Part shown: positions 1 to 15,449 of the stretch, in pieces
Position numbering within the stretch: position 1 is the stretch's first letter
Layout of the letters: each line of letters starts with the position of its first letter
From: Chrysomallon squamiferum
Taxonomy: Eukaryota > Animalia > Mollusca
Direction of reading: 5' to 3'
NCBI GenBank assembly: GCA_012295275.1
Contig: CM022679.1
Coordinates: forward strand, 17,422,001 to 17,486,000
DNA: 64,000 bases
The notes under the pieces: model-generated
What the model was told of the DNA's origin: nothing
What the model saw: the letters and a program-made list of their open reading frames with translations, nothing else
Databases searched by the model: none
Position numbers and translations under genes: made by a program

Positions 1-595
1 GATCAGTGTTGTATAGTATAGAGTAGTACTGTAATTTACGATTTGCCGATAGTGTAACAGTGTGATATTATACAGAGTAGTGTAGAATAGTGTAGTGTAG
101 TGTAATGTAGTGTAGTGTAAAGTAGTAATATAGTGTAGTATGGCATGGTGTGATCTGTTGTATAGTAGTCCAGCGTAATGTAATGTCGTATAACATAATA
201 TGGTGGGATGTGGTTTGGGGCAGTATAATGTAGTGTACTTTAATGTAGAATAGTACACTGTATAGTAAAATAGTATAGTACAGTGTAGTGCTGTGCAGTG
301 TAGTGTAATGCAGTGTACTTTAATGAAATGTAGAATAGTGTACCGAACTGCAGAGAAGTGTTGTGTGCTGTACTTTGTTCTAGAGTTGTTTGTGTAGTGT
401 AGTGTAGTGCAGCATAGTACTGTGTGGTGTGGTTTATTATAGCGTAGTTCAGATTAGTATAGTATAGTATTGTGAGATTTGGTATAGCGAAGTTTAGTGG
501 TGTAATGTAATGGTCAGATGCTGTAGTGGTTTAATATAATGCTGTGGCTCTATACAGTGTAGTGGTTTAATGTAATGGTATGGTTCTGGGTAGAG
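1..595 (-). repeat. Degenerate (GTAGT/TAGTG)n satellite, the reverse-complement orientation of the adjacent array
   Basis: Runs such as tgtagtgtagtgtaatgtagtgtagtg. The stretch 571-595 (tgtaatggtatggttctgggtagag) reverse-complements to ctctacccagaaccataccattaca, which matches the downstream repeat unit. Confidence 0.85.
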
Positions 596-3500
596 TACAC
601 AACTACTCTCTACAGAACCACATCATTACAGTACACAACAACTCTCTACAGAACATCATCATTACAGTACACAACCACTCTCTACAGAACATCATCATTA
701 CAGTATACAACGACTCTCTACAGGACCATACCATTACAGTACACAACTACTCTCTATACAACCACACATTACAGAATACAACTACTCTCAACAGAACCAC
801 ACATTACAGAATACAACTACTCTCTATAGAATCACATCATTAGTGCACAACTACTCTGTACAGAACAACACCATTACTGTACACAATTACTTTCTACAGA
901 ACCACACCATTACAGTACACAAAGACTCTCTACAGAACAACATCATTACAGAACACAGTTACTCTCTACAGAACCACTTTATTAGAGTATACAAAAACTC
1001 TCTACAGAACCACTCTATTACAGAACACAACTACTCTCAACAGAACCTCATCATTACAGTACACATCTACTCTGTAAAGAACCACACATTACAGAATACA
1101 ACGACTCCGTACAGAACGACACTATTACAGTATAAAACTACTCTATACTGAACCACACTATAACAGTAGACAACTACTCTCTACAGAACAGCACCATTAC
1201 AGTACGCAACTACTCTCTACAGAACTATACCATTACAGTACGCAACTACTCTCTACAGAACTACACCATTACAGTACGCAATTACTGTCTACAGAACTAC
1301 ACTATTATAGTACACAAATGCTCTCTACAGAACCACATTATTACAGTACACAGCTACTCTCTACATAACCTTACCATTACAGTATACAACTACTCTCTAC
1401 AGAAAAGCAACATTACACAACTACTCTCTAGAGAACCTCATCATTACAATACACAACTACTCTCTATAGAACCACATCATTACAGTATACAACTATTCTC
1501 TACAGAACTACATCATTACAGTACACAACTGTTCTCTACAGAACCACACCATTACATACACAATTGCTTTCTACAGAACAGCACAATTACAATATACAAC
1601 AATTCTCTACAGAACATCATCATTACAGTACACAACCACTCTCTACACAACATCATCATTACAGTATACAACGACTCTCTACAGGACCATACCATTACAG
1701 TACACAACAACTCTCTATACAACCACACATTACAGAATACAACTACTCTCTACAGAACCACACATTACAGAATACAACTACTCTCTATAGAATCACATCA
1801 TTACAGTGCACAACTACTCTGTACAGAACAACACCATTACTGTACACAATTACTTTCTACAGAACCACACCATTACAGTACACAAAGACTCTCTACAGAG
1901 CAACATCATTACAGAACACAGCTACTCTCTACAGAACCACTTTATTAGAGTATACAAAAACTCTCTACAGAACCACTCTATTACAGAACACAACTACTCT
2001 CTACAGAACCTCATCATTACAGTACACATCTACTCTGTAAAGAACCACTCATTACAGAATACAACGACTCCGTACAGAACGACACTATTACAGTATAAAA
2101 CTACTCTATACTGAACCACACTATAACAGTATACAACTACTCTCTACAGAACCACACCATTACAGTACGCAACTACTCTCTACAGAACTACACCATTACA
2201 GTACGCAATTACTCTCTACAGAACTACACTATTATAGTACACAAATACTCTCTACAGAACCACATTATTACAGTACACAGCTACTCTCTACATAACCATA
2301 CCATTACAGTATACAACTACTCTCTACAGAACAGCATTTTTACACAACTACTCTCAAGAGAACCTCATCATTACAATACACAACTACTCTCTATAGAACC
2401 ACATCATTACAGTATACAACTATTCTCTACAGAACTACATCATTACAGTACACAACTATTCTCTACAGAACCACACCATTACATACACAATTGCTTTCTA
2501 CAGAACAGCACCATTACAGTATACAACTACTCTTTACAGAACATCATCATTACAGTACACAACTACTCTATACAGAACTACATCATTACAGTACACAACT
2601 ATTCTCTACAGAACCACACCATTACAGTACACAATTGCTTTCTACAGAACAGCACCATTACAGTAGACAACTACTCTCTACAGAACAGCATCATTACACA
2701 ACTACTCTCTAGAGAACCTCATCATTACAATACACAACTACTCTCTATAGAACCACATCATTACAGTAGACAACTACTCTCTACAGAACATCATCATTAC
2801 ACTGCACAACTACTCTCTATAGAACCACATCATTACAGTACACAACTACTCTCTAGAGAACCTCATCATTACAATACACAACTACTCTCTATAGAACAAC
2901 ACCATTACAGTACACAACTACTCTCTACAGAACCCCATCATTACAGTACACAACTACTCTCTACATAACAGCACCATTACAGTATACAACTACTTTCTAC
3001 AGAACCACACCATTACAGTACACAACCTCTCTCTTCAGAACCACACCATTACACTACACACCTACTCTCTATAGAAGCACAACATTACAGTACACAACTA
3101 CTCTCTACAGAAGCACACCATTCCAGTATACAACTACTCTCTACAGAACCATACCTTAACAGTACACAACTAATCTCTACAGAACCTCATCATTACAGTA
3201 GAAAACTACTTTTTACAGAACCACTCTATTACAGTAGACAAGTACTCTCTACAGAACTACATCATTAAAGTGCACAACTACTCTCTACAGAAAAACATAA
3301 TTACAATACACAAATACTTTCTACAGAACCACATCATTACAGTACACAAAGACTCTCTACAGAACAACATCATTACAGTACACAACTACTCTCTATAGAA
3401 CCTCATCATTACAGTACACAACTACTCTCTATAGAACCACATCATTACAGTACGCAACTACTTTCTACAGAACCTCATCATTACAGTACACAACCACTCT

Positions 3501-4910
3501 CTACAGAACGTCATCATTACAGTACACAACCACTCTCTACAGAAAAACACCATTACAGTACAGAACTACTCTCTGCAGAACTACATCATTACAGTACACA
3601 ACTATTCTCTACAGAAAAACACCATTACAGTACAGAACTACTCTCTGCAGAACTACATCATTACAGTACACAACTATTCTCTACATCTACTCTATAAAGA
3701 AACACACATTACAGAATACAACGACTCTGTGCAGAACGACACTATTACAGTATAAAACTACTCTCTACAGAACCACACCATCAAAGTAGACAACCACTCT
3801 CTACAGAACCACACCATTACAGTATACAACTACTCTCTACAGAACCACACCATTACACTATACAACTACTCTCTACAGAACCACACCATTACAGTATACA
3901 ACTACTCTCTACAGAACCACACCATTACAGTACACAACTACTCTCTACAGAACCACACCATTACACTATACAACTACTCTCTACAGAACCACACCATTAC
4001 AGTATACAACTACTCTCTACAGAACCACACCATTACAGTATACAACTACTCTCTACAGAACAACACCATTACACTATACAACTACTCTCTACAGAACCAC
4101 ACCATTACAGTATACAACTACTCTCTACAGAACAACACCATTACACTATACAACTACTCTCTACAGAACCACACCATTACACTATACAACTACTCTCTAC
4201 AGAACCATACCTTCACAGTACAGAACTAATCTCTACAGAACCTCATCATTAAAGTGCACAACTACTCTCTACAGAACAACATAATTACAGTACACAACTA
4301 CTCTACACAACCACATCATTACATTAGACAACTTCTCTCTACATCATTACCGTACACAACTACTCTCTATAGAACATAATCATTACAGTACACAACTACT
4401 CTCTATAGAACCACATCATTACACAACTACTTTCTACAGAACCTCATCATTACAGTACACAAATACTCTCTACAGAACCACATCATTACAGTACACAACT
4501 ACTTTCTACACAACCACACCATTACAGTATACAACTACTCTCTACATAACAGCACCATTACAGTATACAACTACTCTCTTCAGAACCACACCATTACAGT
4601 ACGCAACTACTCTCTACAGAACCACACCATTACAGTACACAACTACTCTCTTCAAAACCACACCATTACATTACACTACACAGAACAACATCATTACAGT
4701 ACACAACTACTCTCTACAGAAGCACACCATTCCAGTATACAACTACTCTCTACAGAACCATACCTTAACAGTACACAACTAATCTCTACAGAACCTCATC
4801 ATTACAGTACACAACTACTTTCTACAGAACTTCATCATTACAGTACCACAACTACTCTCTGTAGAACCACATCATTACAGTACCACAACTACTTTCTACA
4901 GAACCACAGC
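596..4910 (+). repeat. Satellite array, 36-bp unit (type A, consensus about CAGTACACAACTACTCTCTACAGAACCACACCATTA)
   Basis: agaacc recurs at 3805 and 3841 (36 bp). The spurious ORFs repeat a 12-aa unit (TTTLYRTxxLQY). There is an internal duplication offset by 963 bp (ORFs at 843 and 1806 are nearly identical). Confidence 0.95.
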
Positions 4911-6745
4911 ATTACATTACACCATTATAGTATACTACACAGAACAACACCATTACACTATACCACTACACTACACTACACAGAACAACACCCCTAATTA
5001 CACTACACAGAACAACACCATTACATTATACCACTACAGTACACTATCCAGAAACACACCATTACACTACACCACTACACTACAGTACACTACACCACTA
5101 CACCACTACACTACAGTACACTACACCACTACACTACAGTACACAGAACAACACATTACATTACACGACTACAGTACACTACACAGAACAACACCATTAC
5201 ATTACACTACACATTACATTACACGACTACAGTACACTACACAGAACAACACATTACATTACACGACTACAGTACACTACACATTACATTACACGACTAC
5301 ACTACATTACACAGAACAACACCACTACACTACACTACACAGAACAACACCACTACACTACACTACACAGAACAACACCATTACACTACACCACTACAGT
5401 ACACTACACAGAACCACAGCATTACATTACACCACTACATTACACTACACAGAACAACACCATTACATTACACCACTACAGTACACTATCCAGAACCACA
5501 CCATTACACTACACCACACCATTACACTACACCACTACACTACACTACACAGAACAACACATTACATTACACGACTACAGTACACTACACAGAACAACAC
5601 CATTACATTACACCAGAACACTACACAGCACAGAACAACACCATTACATTACACCACTACAGTACACTACACAGAACAGCACCATTACACTACACCACAC
5701 TACACAGAACAACACATTACATTACACCACTACAGTACACTACACAGAACAACACCATTACACTACACCACTACAGTACACAGAACAACACCACTGCACT
5801 ACATTACACAGAACCACACCATTACACTACACTACACAGAACAACACCATTACATTACACCACTACAGTACACTATTCAGAACCACACCATTACATTACA
5901 CCACTACACTACACAGAACAACACATTACATTTCACGACTACAGTACACTACGCAGAACAGCACCATTACACTACACCACTACAGTACACTACACAGAAC
6001 AACACAATTACACTACAACACCAGCGTACACTATCCAGAACCACACCATTACAGTACACTACACAGAACAATACCATTACACTACACCACTACAGAACAA
6101 CACCATTACACTACACCACTATACTACACTACACAGAACAACACCATTACATTACACCACTACAGTACACTACACAGAACAACACCATTACACTACACCA
6201 CTACAGTACACAGAACAACACCACTACACTACATCACACAGAATCACACCATTACACTACACTACACAGAACAACACCATTACATTACACCACTACAGTA
6301 CACTATTCCGAACCACACCATTACATTACACCACTACACTACACAGAACAACACATTACATTTCACGACTACAGTACACTACGCAGAACAGCACCATTAC
6401 ACTACACCACTACAGTACACTACACACAACAACACCATTACACTACAACACCAGCGTACACTATCCAGAACCACACCATTAAAGTACACCACTACAGTAC
6501 ACTACACAGAACAATACCATTACACTACACAGAACAATACCATTACACTACACCACTACAGTACACTACACAGAACAACACCATTACACTACACCACTAC
6601 TGTACACTACACAGAACAACACCATTACACTACACCACCAGAGTACACTATCCAGAACCATACCATTACATTACACCACTATACTACACTACACAGAACA
6701 ACACCATTACATTACACCACTACAGTACACTACACAGAACCACAC
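4911..6745 (+). repeat. Satellite array, about 41-bp unit (type B) built from TACAC/ACTAC pentamers
   Basis: Unit about TACACTACACAGAACAACACCATTACATTACACCACTACAG with shorter variants. Block boundaries are approximate. Confidence 0.9.
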
Positions 6746-7615
6746 CATTACAGTACCACAACTACTCTCTGTAGAACCACATCATTACAGTACACAACTA
6801 CTCTCTAGAGAATCACATCATTACAGTATACAACTACTCTCTAGAGAACCACACATTACAGAATACAACTACTCTCTACAGAAGCACATCATTACAGTAT
6901 ACAACTACTCTCTGTAGAACCATACCATTAAAGTACACAATTACTCTCTACAGAACCTCACCATTAAAGTTCACAACTACTCTCTACAGAACCTCGTCAT
7001 TACAGTACAGAACTACTCTCTACAGAACCACTCTATTACAGTACACCACCACTCTCTACAGAACCCCATCATTACAGTACACAACTACTCTCTATAGAAG
7101 CACAACATTACAGTACACAACTACTCTCTACAGAAGCACACCATCACAGTATACAACTACTCTCTACAGAACCATACCTTTACAATTACTCTCTACAGAA
7201 CCTGATCAGTACAGTACACAACTACTTTCTACAGAACCTCATCGTTACAAGAGACAACTACCTCTACAGAACCACACCATGACAGTACACAACTACTCTG
7301 TACAGAACCACTCTATTACAGTACAAAACTACTCTCTATAGAACCACATTATTACAATACACAACTACTCTGTACAGAATAAGACCATTACAGTATACAA
7401 CTACTCTCTACAGAACAGCACCATTACAGTATACAACTATTCTGTACAGAACCTCCTCATTACAGTGGAGAACTACTCTCTACAGAAAAACAAAATTACA
7501 GTACACAACTACTCTCTACAAAACCACATCATTACAGTACAGAACTACTCTCTACAGAAAAACAAAATTACAGTACACAACTAATCTCTACAGAACCACA
7601 TCATTACAAAACCTG
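6746..7615 (+). repeat. Second block of the 36-bp type A satellite
   Basis: Return of the ACAACTACTCTCTACAGAACC core. The junction variant cagtaccacaactactctctgtagaacc is shared with about 4840-4870. Confidence 0.9.
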
Positions 7616-10600
7616 TACATTACAATACACCAGAACCGCACCATTACATTACACCACTATACTACACTACACAGAACAACACCATTACATTACACCACTA
7701 CAGTACACTACACAGAACAACACCATTACATTACACCACTACAGTACACTACACAGAACAACACCACTACACTACATTACACAGAACCACACCATTACAC
7801 TACACTACACAGAACAACACCATTACATTACACCACTACAGTACACTATCCAGAACCACACCATTACATTACACCACTACACTACACAGCACAGAACAGC
7901 ACCATTACATTACACCACTACACTACACAGAACAACACATTACATTACACGACTACAGTACACTACACAGAACAGCACCATTACACTACACTACACTACA
8001 CAGAAGAACACATTACATTACACCACTACAGTACACTACACAGAACAATACCATTACACTACAACACCAGCGTACACTATGCAGAACCACACCATTACAT
8101 TACACCACTACAGTACACTACACAGAACAAAACCATTACACTACACGATTACAGTACACTACACAGAACAACACCATTACACTACACCACTACAGTACAC
8201 TACACCAGTACAGTACACTACACAGAACAACACCACTACACTACATTACACAGAACCACACCATTACACTACACTACACAGAACAACACCATTACATTAC
8301 ACCACTACAGTACACTACACAGAACAATACCATTACACTACACCACTACAGTACACTACACAGAACAACACCATTACACTACACCACTACAGTACACTAC
8401 ACCATTACATTACACTACACAGAACAACACCATTACATTACACCACTACAGTACACTACACAGAACAATATCATTACACTACACCACTACAGTACACTAC
8501 ACAGAACAACACCATTACACTACACCACTACAGTACACTACACAGAACAACACCACTACACTACATTACACAGAACCACACCATTACACTACACTACACA
8601 GAACAACACCATTACATTACACCACTACAGTACACTATCCAGAACCACACCATTACATTACACCAGTACACTACACAGCACAGAACAGCACCATTACATT
8701 ACACCAGTACACTACACAGCACAGAACAGCACCATTACATTACACCACTACACTACACAGAACAACACATTACATTACACGACTACAGTACACTACACAG
8801 AACAACACATTACATTACACGACTACAGTACACTACACAGAACAGCACCATTACACTACACTACACAGAAGAACACATTACATTACACCACTACAGTACA
8901 CTACACAGAACAATACCATTACACTACAACACCAGCGTACACTATGCAGAACCACACCATTACATTACACCACTACAGTACACTACACAGAACAAAACCA
9001 TTACACTACACGATTACAGTACACTACACAGAACAACACCATTACACTACACCACTACAGTACACTACACCAGTACAGTACACTACACAGAACAACACCA
9101 CTACACTACATTACACAGAACCACACCATTACACTACACTACACAGAACAACACCATTACATTACACCACTACAGTACACTACACAGAACAATACCATTA
9201 CACTACACCACTACAGTACACTACACAGAACAACACCATTACACTACACCACTACAGTACACTACACAGAACAACACCACTACACTACATTACATAGAAC
9301 CACACCATTACACTACACTACACAGAACAACACCATTACATTACACCACTACAGTACACTATCCAGAACGACACCATTACATTACAGCACTACAGTACAC
9401 TACACAGAACAACACTATTACACTACACCACTACAGTACATTACACAGAACAACACCATTACACTACACCACTACAGTACACTACACAGAACAAGACCAT
9501 TACACTACACCACTACACTACACTACACAGAACAACACCACTACATTACACTATCCAGAACCACACCATTACATTACAGCACTACAGTACAGTACACAGA
9601 ACAACACTATTACACTACACCACTACAGTACACTACACAGAACAGGACCATTACACTACACCACTACAGTACACTACACAGAACAAGACCATTACACTAC
9701 ACCACTACACTACACTACACAGAACAACACCACTACATTACACTGAACCAGACCATTACACTACCCCTACACAGAACAACACCATTACATTACACCACTA
9801 CAGTACACTATCCAGAACCATACCATTACATTACAGCACTACAGTACACTACACAGAACAACACCATTACACTACACCACTACGGTACACTACACAGAAC
9901 AAGACCATTACACTACACCACTACAGTTCACTACACAGAACAACACCACTACAGTACACTACACAGAACAACACCAATACAGTACACTACACAGAACCAA
10001 ACCATTACACTACCCCTACACAGAACAACACCTTTACATTACACCACTACAGTACACTATCCAGAACCACACCATTACACTACACCACTACAGTACACTA
10101 CACAGAAGAACAGCATTACCTTACACCACTACAGTATACTATCCAGAACCACACCACTGCACTACACTACACAGAACAACACCATTACATTACACCACTG
10201 CAGTACACTACACAGAACCACACCACACCATTGCACTACACCACTACAGTACACTACACAGAACAACACCACTACATTACACAGAACCACACCATTACAT
10301 TACAGCACTACAGTACTCTACACAGAACAACACTATTACACTACACCACTACAGTACACTACACAGAACAACACCATTACACTACACCACTACAGTACAC
10401 TACACAGAACAAGACCATTACACTACACCACTACAGTACACTACACAGAACAACACCATTACATTACACCACTACAGTACACTACACAGAACAAGACCAT
10501 TACACTACACCACTACAGTACACTACACAGAACAACACCATTACACTACACCACTACAGTTCACTATCCAGAACCACACCATTACATTACAGCACTACAG

Positions 10601-11293
10601 TACACTACACAGAATAACACCATTACCTTACACCACTACAGTACACTATCCAGAACCACACCACTGCACTACACTACACAGAACAACACCATTACATTAC
10701 ACCACTACAGTACACTACACAGAACCACACCACACCATTACACTACACCACTACAGTACACTACACAGAACAACACCACTACATTACACTGAACCAGACC
10801 ATTACACTACCCCTACACAGAACAACACCGTTACATTACACCACTACAGTACACTATCCAGAACCACACCATTACATTACAGCACTACAGTACACTATCC
10901 AGAACAACACCATTACACTATACTACACAGAACAACACCACTACACTACTCACTACTGTACACTACACAGAACCACACCATTACATTATACAACTACACT
11001 ACACTACACAGAACAACACCATTACACTACACTACACAGAGCAACACCACTACACTACTCACTACAGTACACTATCCAGAACCACACCATTACACTACAC
11101 TATACAGAACAACACCATTACATTACACCACTACAGTACACTATCCAGAACCAAACCATTACACTACACTACACAGAACAACACCATTACATTACACCAC
11201 TACAGTACACTATCCAGAACCATACCATTACACTTATAGAACCATACCATTACATTACACCACTACACTACCCAGAACCACACCATTACAGTA
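7616..11293 (+). repeat. Second block of the 41-bp type B satellite
   Basis: accatt recurs at 7681 and 7722 (41 bp). An 865-bp internal duplication is shown by the identical ORF starts at 8079 and 8944. The array ends abruptly into unique DNA at about 11294. Confidence 0.92.
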
Positions 11294-12669
11294 TGTTTAA
11301 AATATACGATTTTCCGTTCATATATATTTTCTTGACGATAAACGTTTTTGCCAGTTGTATAATAACAAGATATATTTCCTGGTAAGACGTGAAATTTACA
11401 ACCACTGGTCTGTGTGTATGTCAGTAGATGAAATCAATTTCTTGAGGCTAATCACAGGAAAGAAAACTACACACAGTTGTGTTTCCAGCCAATATGAAAG
11501 TTAAAATTTCTGATATATCATTTCATGGATCAATATTTACCAGTCTTTTACATTGCCTCTGTAACAACAACCTGCCGACTTAAACCACGAGACAGATAAC
11601 AGACCGCATTTAGGTTCATCTCGCTGACCAGATGTAATAAATCATAACACGGTTTTTACCTAGAAATGGCAAACTGGAGACCATTGATGATCTTGGCGTA
11701 TACTATAATGTTAGAAGGACAAAACTGTATTGATTTTATGACAGATCTCCATGTGTTGTCTACCGAAATCATTTATGATATACAGGGGTGAAGAAATGAA
11801 AGTTCAAATTGTTCAAACTTAAGGCAGTTGTTATAATTTATCAACAGAAATAAAAAAAGTTATGGTTCATGAAATGATGGGAAGGCGACCATAAGTAGTT
11901 TGATTTTATTCAGGGGATTCCAATTAATAACTTTCCTTGCAACCATCAAGAAAAAAAAATTAATAATACAATCCCCCCCACAAAAAACAATTTAAAAGGA
12001 TTACTTTTGCCGGCCATGTTTTCAGAATAATTGCTTTTGAAATAGGGTAATGAAAAACAGTTTAAGCATTAGATATGGCTTGCTGTTTCTTTCTTTGTCT
12101 TCTTGACCCAAAATTAGTTTCCTTCGTTAATTGGTGAAATAAAACGATACATAAACTGAAAGTAATAAGTAGTTTTGAAAAGTCAGAATGTGTTAATTTA
12201 AATACAATCCTGTAATATTGCTCACAAAAAATAATTGAATATAAAACTGCCATAAAATCGATGAAAAAAATCATGACAAAAAAACAAAAAACCACAAAAA
12301 ACCAACAAAAAACAAGAAGAAGAAGAAAATGATTCTACAAGTTGTCCTTTGAGAAATTGCTTTCATAAGAAGAAAACCGATATATCACAGAAATGAATTA
12401 ATTCCAGTTCAATGGACACATTTAGCTAGGAATAAGTTCAATTTAATTTTGTCAAGAAATCTATAAACTGAAGGAAAAACGTAGAAGAAGAAGCAAAATA
12501 TGAAAGAAAAGAGAATGTAATATCAGAAGGATACATTTCTTGAACTGACTTAAGGTTGGTAGTTTTGTGAAATCTCAATAAAATATAACAGTCCCGCCTT
12601 GGAATCCATTACAGTCATTCAGACTTTATTATTTCATTATCTGACGTAACTAGAACAAAATCACGATAG

Positions 12670-12720
<51 letters not shown>
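12670..12720. repeat. (AAT)n microsatellite
   Basis: Read directly from the sequence. Confidence 0.95.
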
Positions 12721-12723
<3 letters not shown>

Positions 12724-13694
12724 CGAACATAACAAATTTTAGTACGATATTACTGCCATCTATTACACTAGCAGTAATTATTGATTCCCATGGCAAAACA
12801 GGAAGCTTTCTTTAGGTAATCAGTTTATTTCCAATAAGAACAAACATCCTGTTATTAGCGCTGAAACAGGATTCAGCAACTTTGACCTGACAAAATAAGT
12901 GTAGCAATTCTGACTACAAAAGTCTTTTGTGAGATTTATGTTAATCTAATTTGTTAATTTAATTTCTACAGAACAGACATTTGTCCAAAAGATTAATCTT
13001 TAAAAAAATATTGCATGATGGTTATTTCTACAAGTACTTAAGGCGCTTGGGCGTTGTTTTAAAAACCCTGAAGAACTTATAGTATCAGAGAAAACTGTTA
13101 ACATGACCAATAAATGTACAGCATCTCAGTGGCACTAGCTTGAAATATAATGACAGGCTTTGAAGCCAGCGCAGCACATGATTTATAAGACGTTATTGTG
13201 TGTGGTGTTCTCTCTATATTAATCTGTACATTGTAAGATCCTTTGTAAGTATTCTCTGAGTGTTGTACATTACGGATGATTCTTAGTATTAAAAAAATTA
13301 TTTGTAGTATCATTGTTAGTCGTCAGTATCAAAACACGCTGAGATACCTTTATTAACAAATATACAATTAAACTTTCTTCTACATTAAAAATATTTTAAA
13401 AAAATAAAAAAAATAAAAAATAAAAAAATGTTCACTTCTAATATTTGTGTGTGTGCGTAAGCGCATGTACCTAGAACTATTTATTATAGAGAAGTTATTC
13501 TTGGACAAATTAGAAAAAAATGCTCAGCTTGTTGTAGGAAAGTTGTGTCCTAATTTTATTGTCTTCTTAATGTAGATTTTGTTAAGTCTCACGATAAAGC
13601 AATTTTTTAAAGTTAACCAAGTTTTTGTGAGACATTGCTTCTAAGACGTACAGTGTCCTGTCCTTTTTTCCTCTTTCAATTTCCACAATATTGT

Positions 13695-14660
13695 TGTTCT
13701 TCAACCAGTCATTAATTTCTTGACCATTCTTCTTCTTCAACCAGAGACTGATTTCTTTAACATTGTTCTTTTTCAACCAGTGTCTGATTTCATTATCATT
13801 GTTCTTCTTCAACCAGTGACTGATTTCTTTATCATTGTTCTTCTACAACCAGTGACTGATTTCTTTATCATTGTTCTTCTTCAACCAGTGACTGATTTTT
13901 TTAACATTGTTCTTCTTCAACCAGTGACTGATTTCTTTATCATTGTTCTTCTACAACCAGTGACTGATTTCTTTATCATTGTTCTTCTTCAACCAGTGAC
14001 TGATTTCTTTATCATTGTTCTTCTTCAACCAGTGACTGATTTCTTTATCATTGTTCTTCTACAACCAGTGACTGATTTCTTTATCATTGTTCTTCTTCAA
14101 CCAGTGACTGATTTCTTTATCATTGTTCTTCTTCAACCAGTGACTGATTTCTTTATCATTGTTCTTCTACAACCAGTGACTGATTTCTTTATCATTGTTC
14201 TTCTTCAACCAGTGACTGATTTCTTTATCATTGTTCTTCTTCAACCAGTGACTGATTTCTTTATCATTGTTCTTCTACAACCAGTGACTGATTTCTTTAT
14301 CATTGTTCTTCAACCAGTGACTGATTTTTTTAACATTGTTCTTCTTCAACCAGTGACTGATTTCTTTATCATTGTTCTTCTTCAACCAGTGACTGATTTC
14401 TTTATCATTGTTCTTCTTCAACCAGTGACTGATTTCTTTATCATTGTTCTTCTTCAACCAGTGACTGATTTCTTTATCATTGTTCTTCTACAACCAGTGA
14501 CTGATTTCTTTATCATTGTTCTTCTTCAACCAGTGACTGATTTCTTTATCATTGTTCTTCTTCAACCAGTGACTGATTTCTTTATTATTGTTCTTCTTCA
14601 ACCAGTGACTGATTTCTTGATAAATGTTTGTCTTCAACCAGTCACAGATTTCTTGACATC
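13695..14660. repeat. 36-bp minisatellite (CAACCAGTGACTGATTTCTTTATCATTGTTCTTCTT)n, about 26 copies
   Basis: ccagtgactg recurs at 13921 and 13957. The core is homogeneous with degenerate units at both edges. Confidence 0.97.
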
Positions 14661-15339
14661 ATTCTTCTTCTGCCATTGTATTCTTCTTAAACCATTCACT
14701 GATCATGACCATCATTCTTCTTCAATAGTTACTGATTTTTTTATCGTTGTTTTTCATCTTGATCTCTTCCTTCATCTTTTTCCATCCACATTACTTTGTC
14801 ATAAAAATTAAAATGATAATGGGTGACATAATGATTTCCTTATTTGTTTGTTTACTACATGTTTATTTTTGTTTAATCTTTTTAGTTTTTTTATTTATTA
14901 GCATTGCTATTTATTAATACTACACTTACAAATTTTACTGATATTCCAACTGTTTTAAACATTTATGTGGGTAATAATAATAAGTTAAATTACAACGCTC
15001 TACTATTTAATTTTTTTTTTTTCTAATTTTCTTCCTTTTCTTCTTGGACATAATCTAAATTCGGTCTGAAACAATTTTTTAATGGAATTTAAAGTATGCT
15101 GATTGTATCCTGTTTGCGGATAGAAGACTTGTAACTGAGGTATTAAAAGAAAACACGCTGCATCTTGATGTTTAGTGTTCAGAAGACATTAATGTGTAAA
15201 TATGTGTGCCCGTATGACTATATGTCACTGTATAAGTAGATATATTTTAGAGTGTCTGAATGTGATAATTGTTTTGTGATTGGACGTTTTAGATACATTA
15301 TTATAAACTAATAATCGTTATATTTTAAATTATTGTATG

Positions 15340-15342
<3 letters not shown>

Positions 15343-15386
<44 letters not shown>

Positions 15387-15392
15387 TAATTG

Positions 15393-15443
<51 letters not shown>
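15343..15443. repeat. Compound (TA)n and (TTA)n microsatellite
   Basis: Read directly from the sequence. Confidence 0.95.

Positions 15444-15449
<6 letters not shown>

Noticed and set aside
575-10617. Long His/Thr/Tyr-rich ORFs (up to 555 aa) in the satellite
   Set aside because: They arise from G-poor repeats that rarely form stop codons. The 41-bp unit cycles through frames, and there is no signal peptide or splice structure.
596-14660. 36-bp repeats as a CRISPR array
   Set aside because: The units are directly tandem with no unique spacers, there are no cas genes, and the context is eukaryotic.
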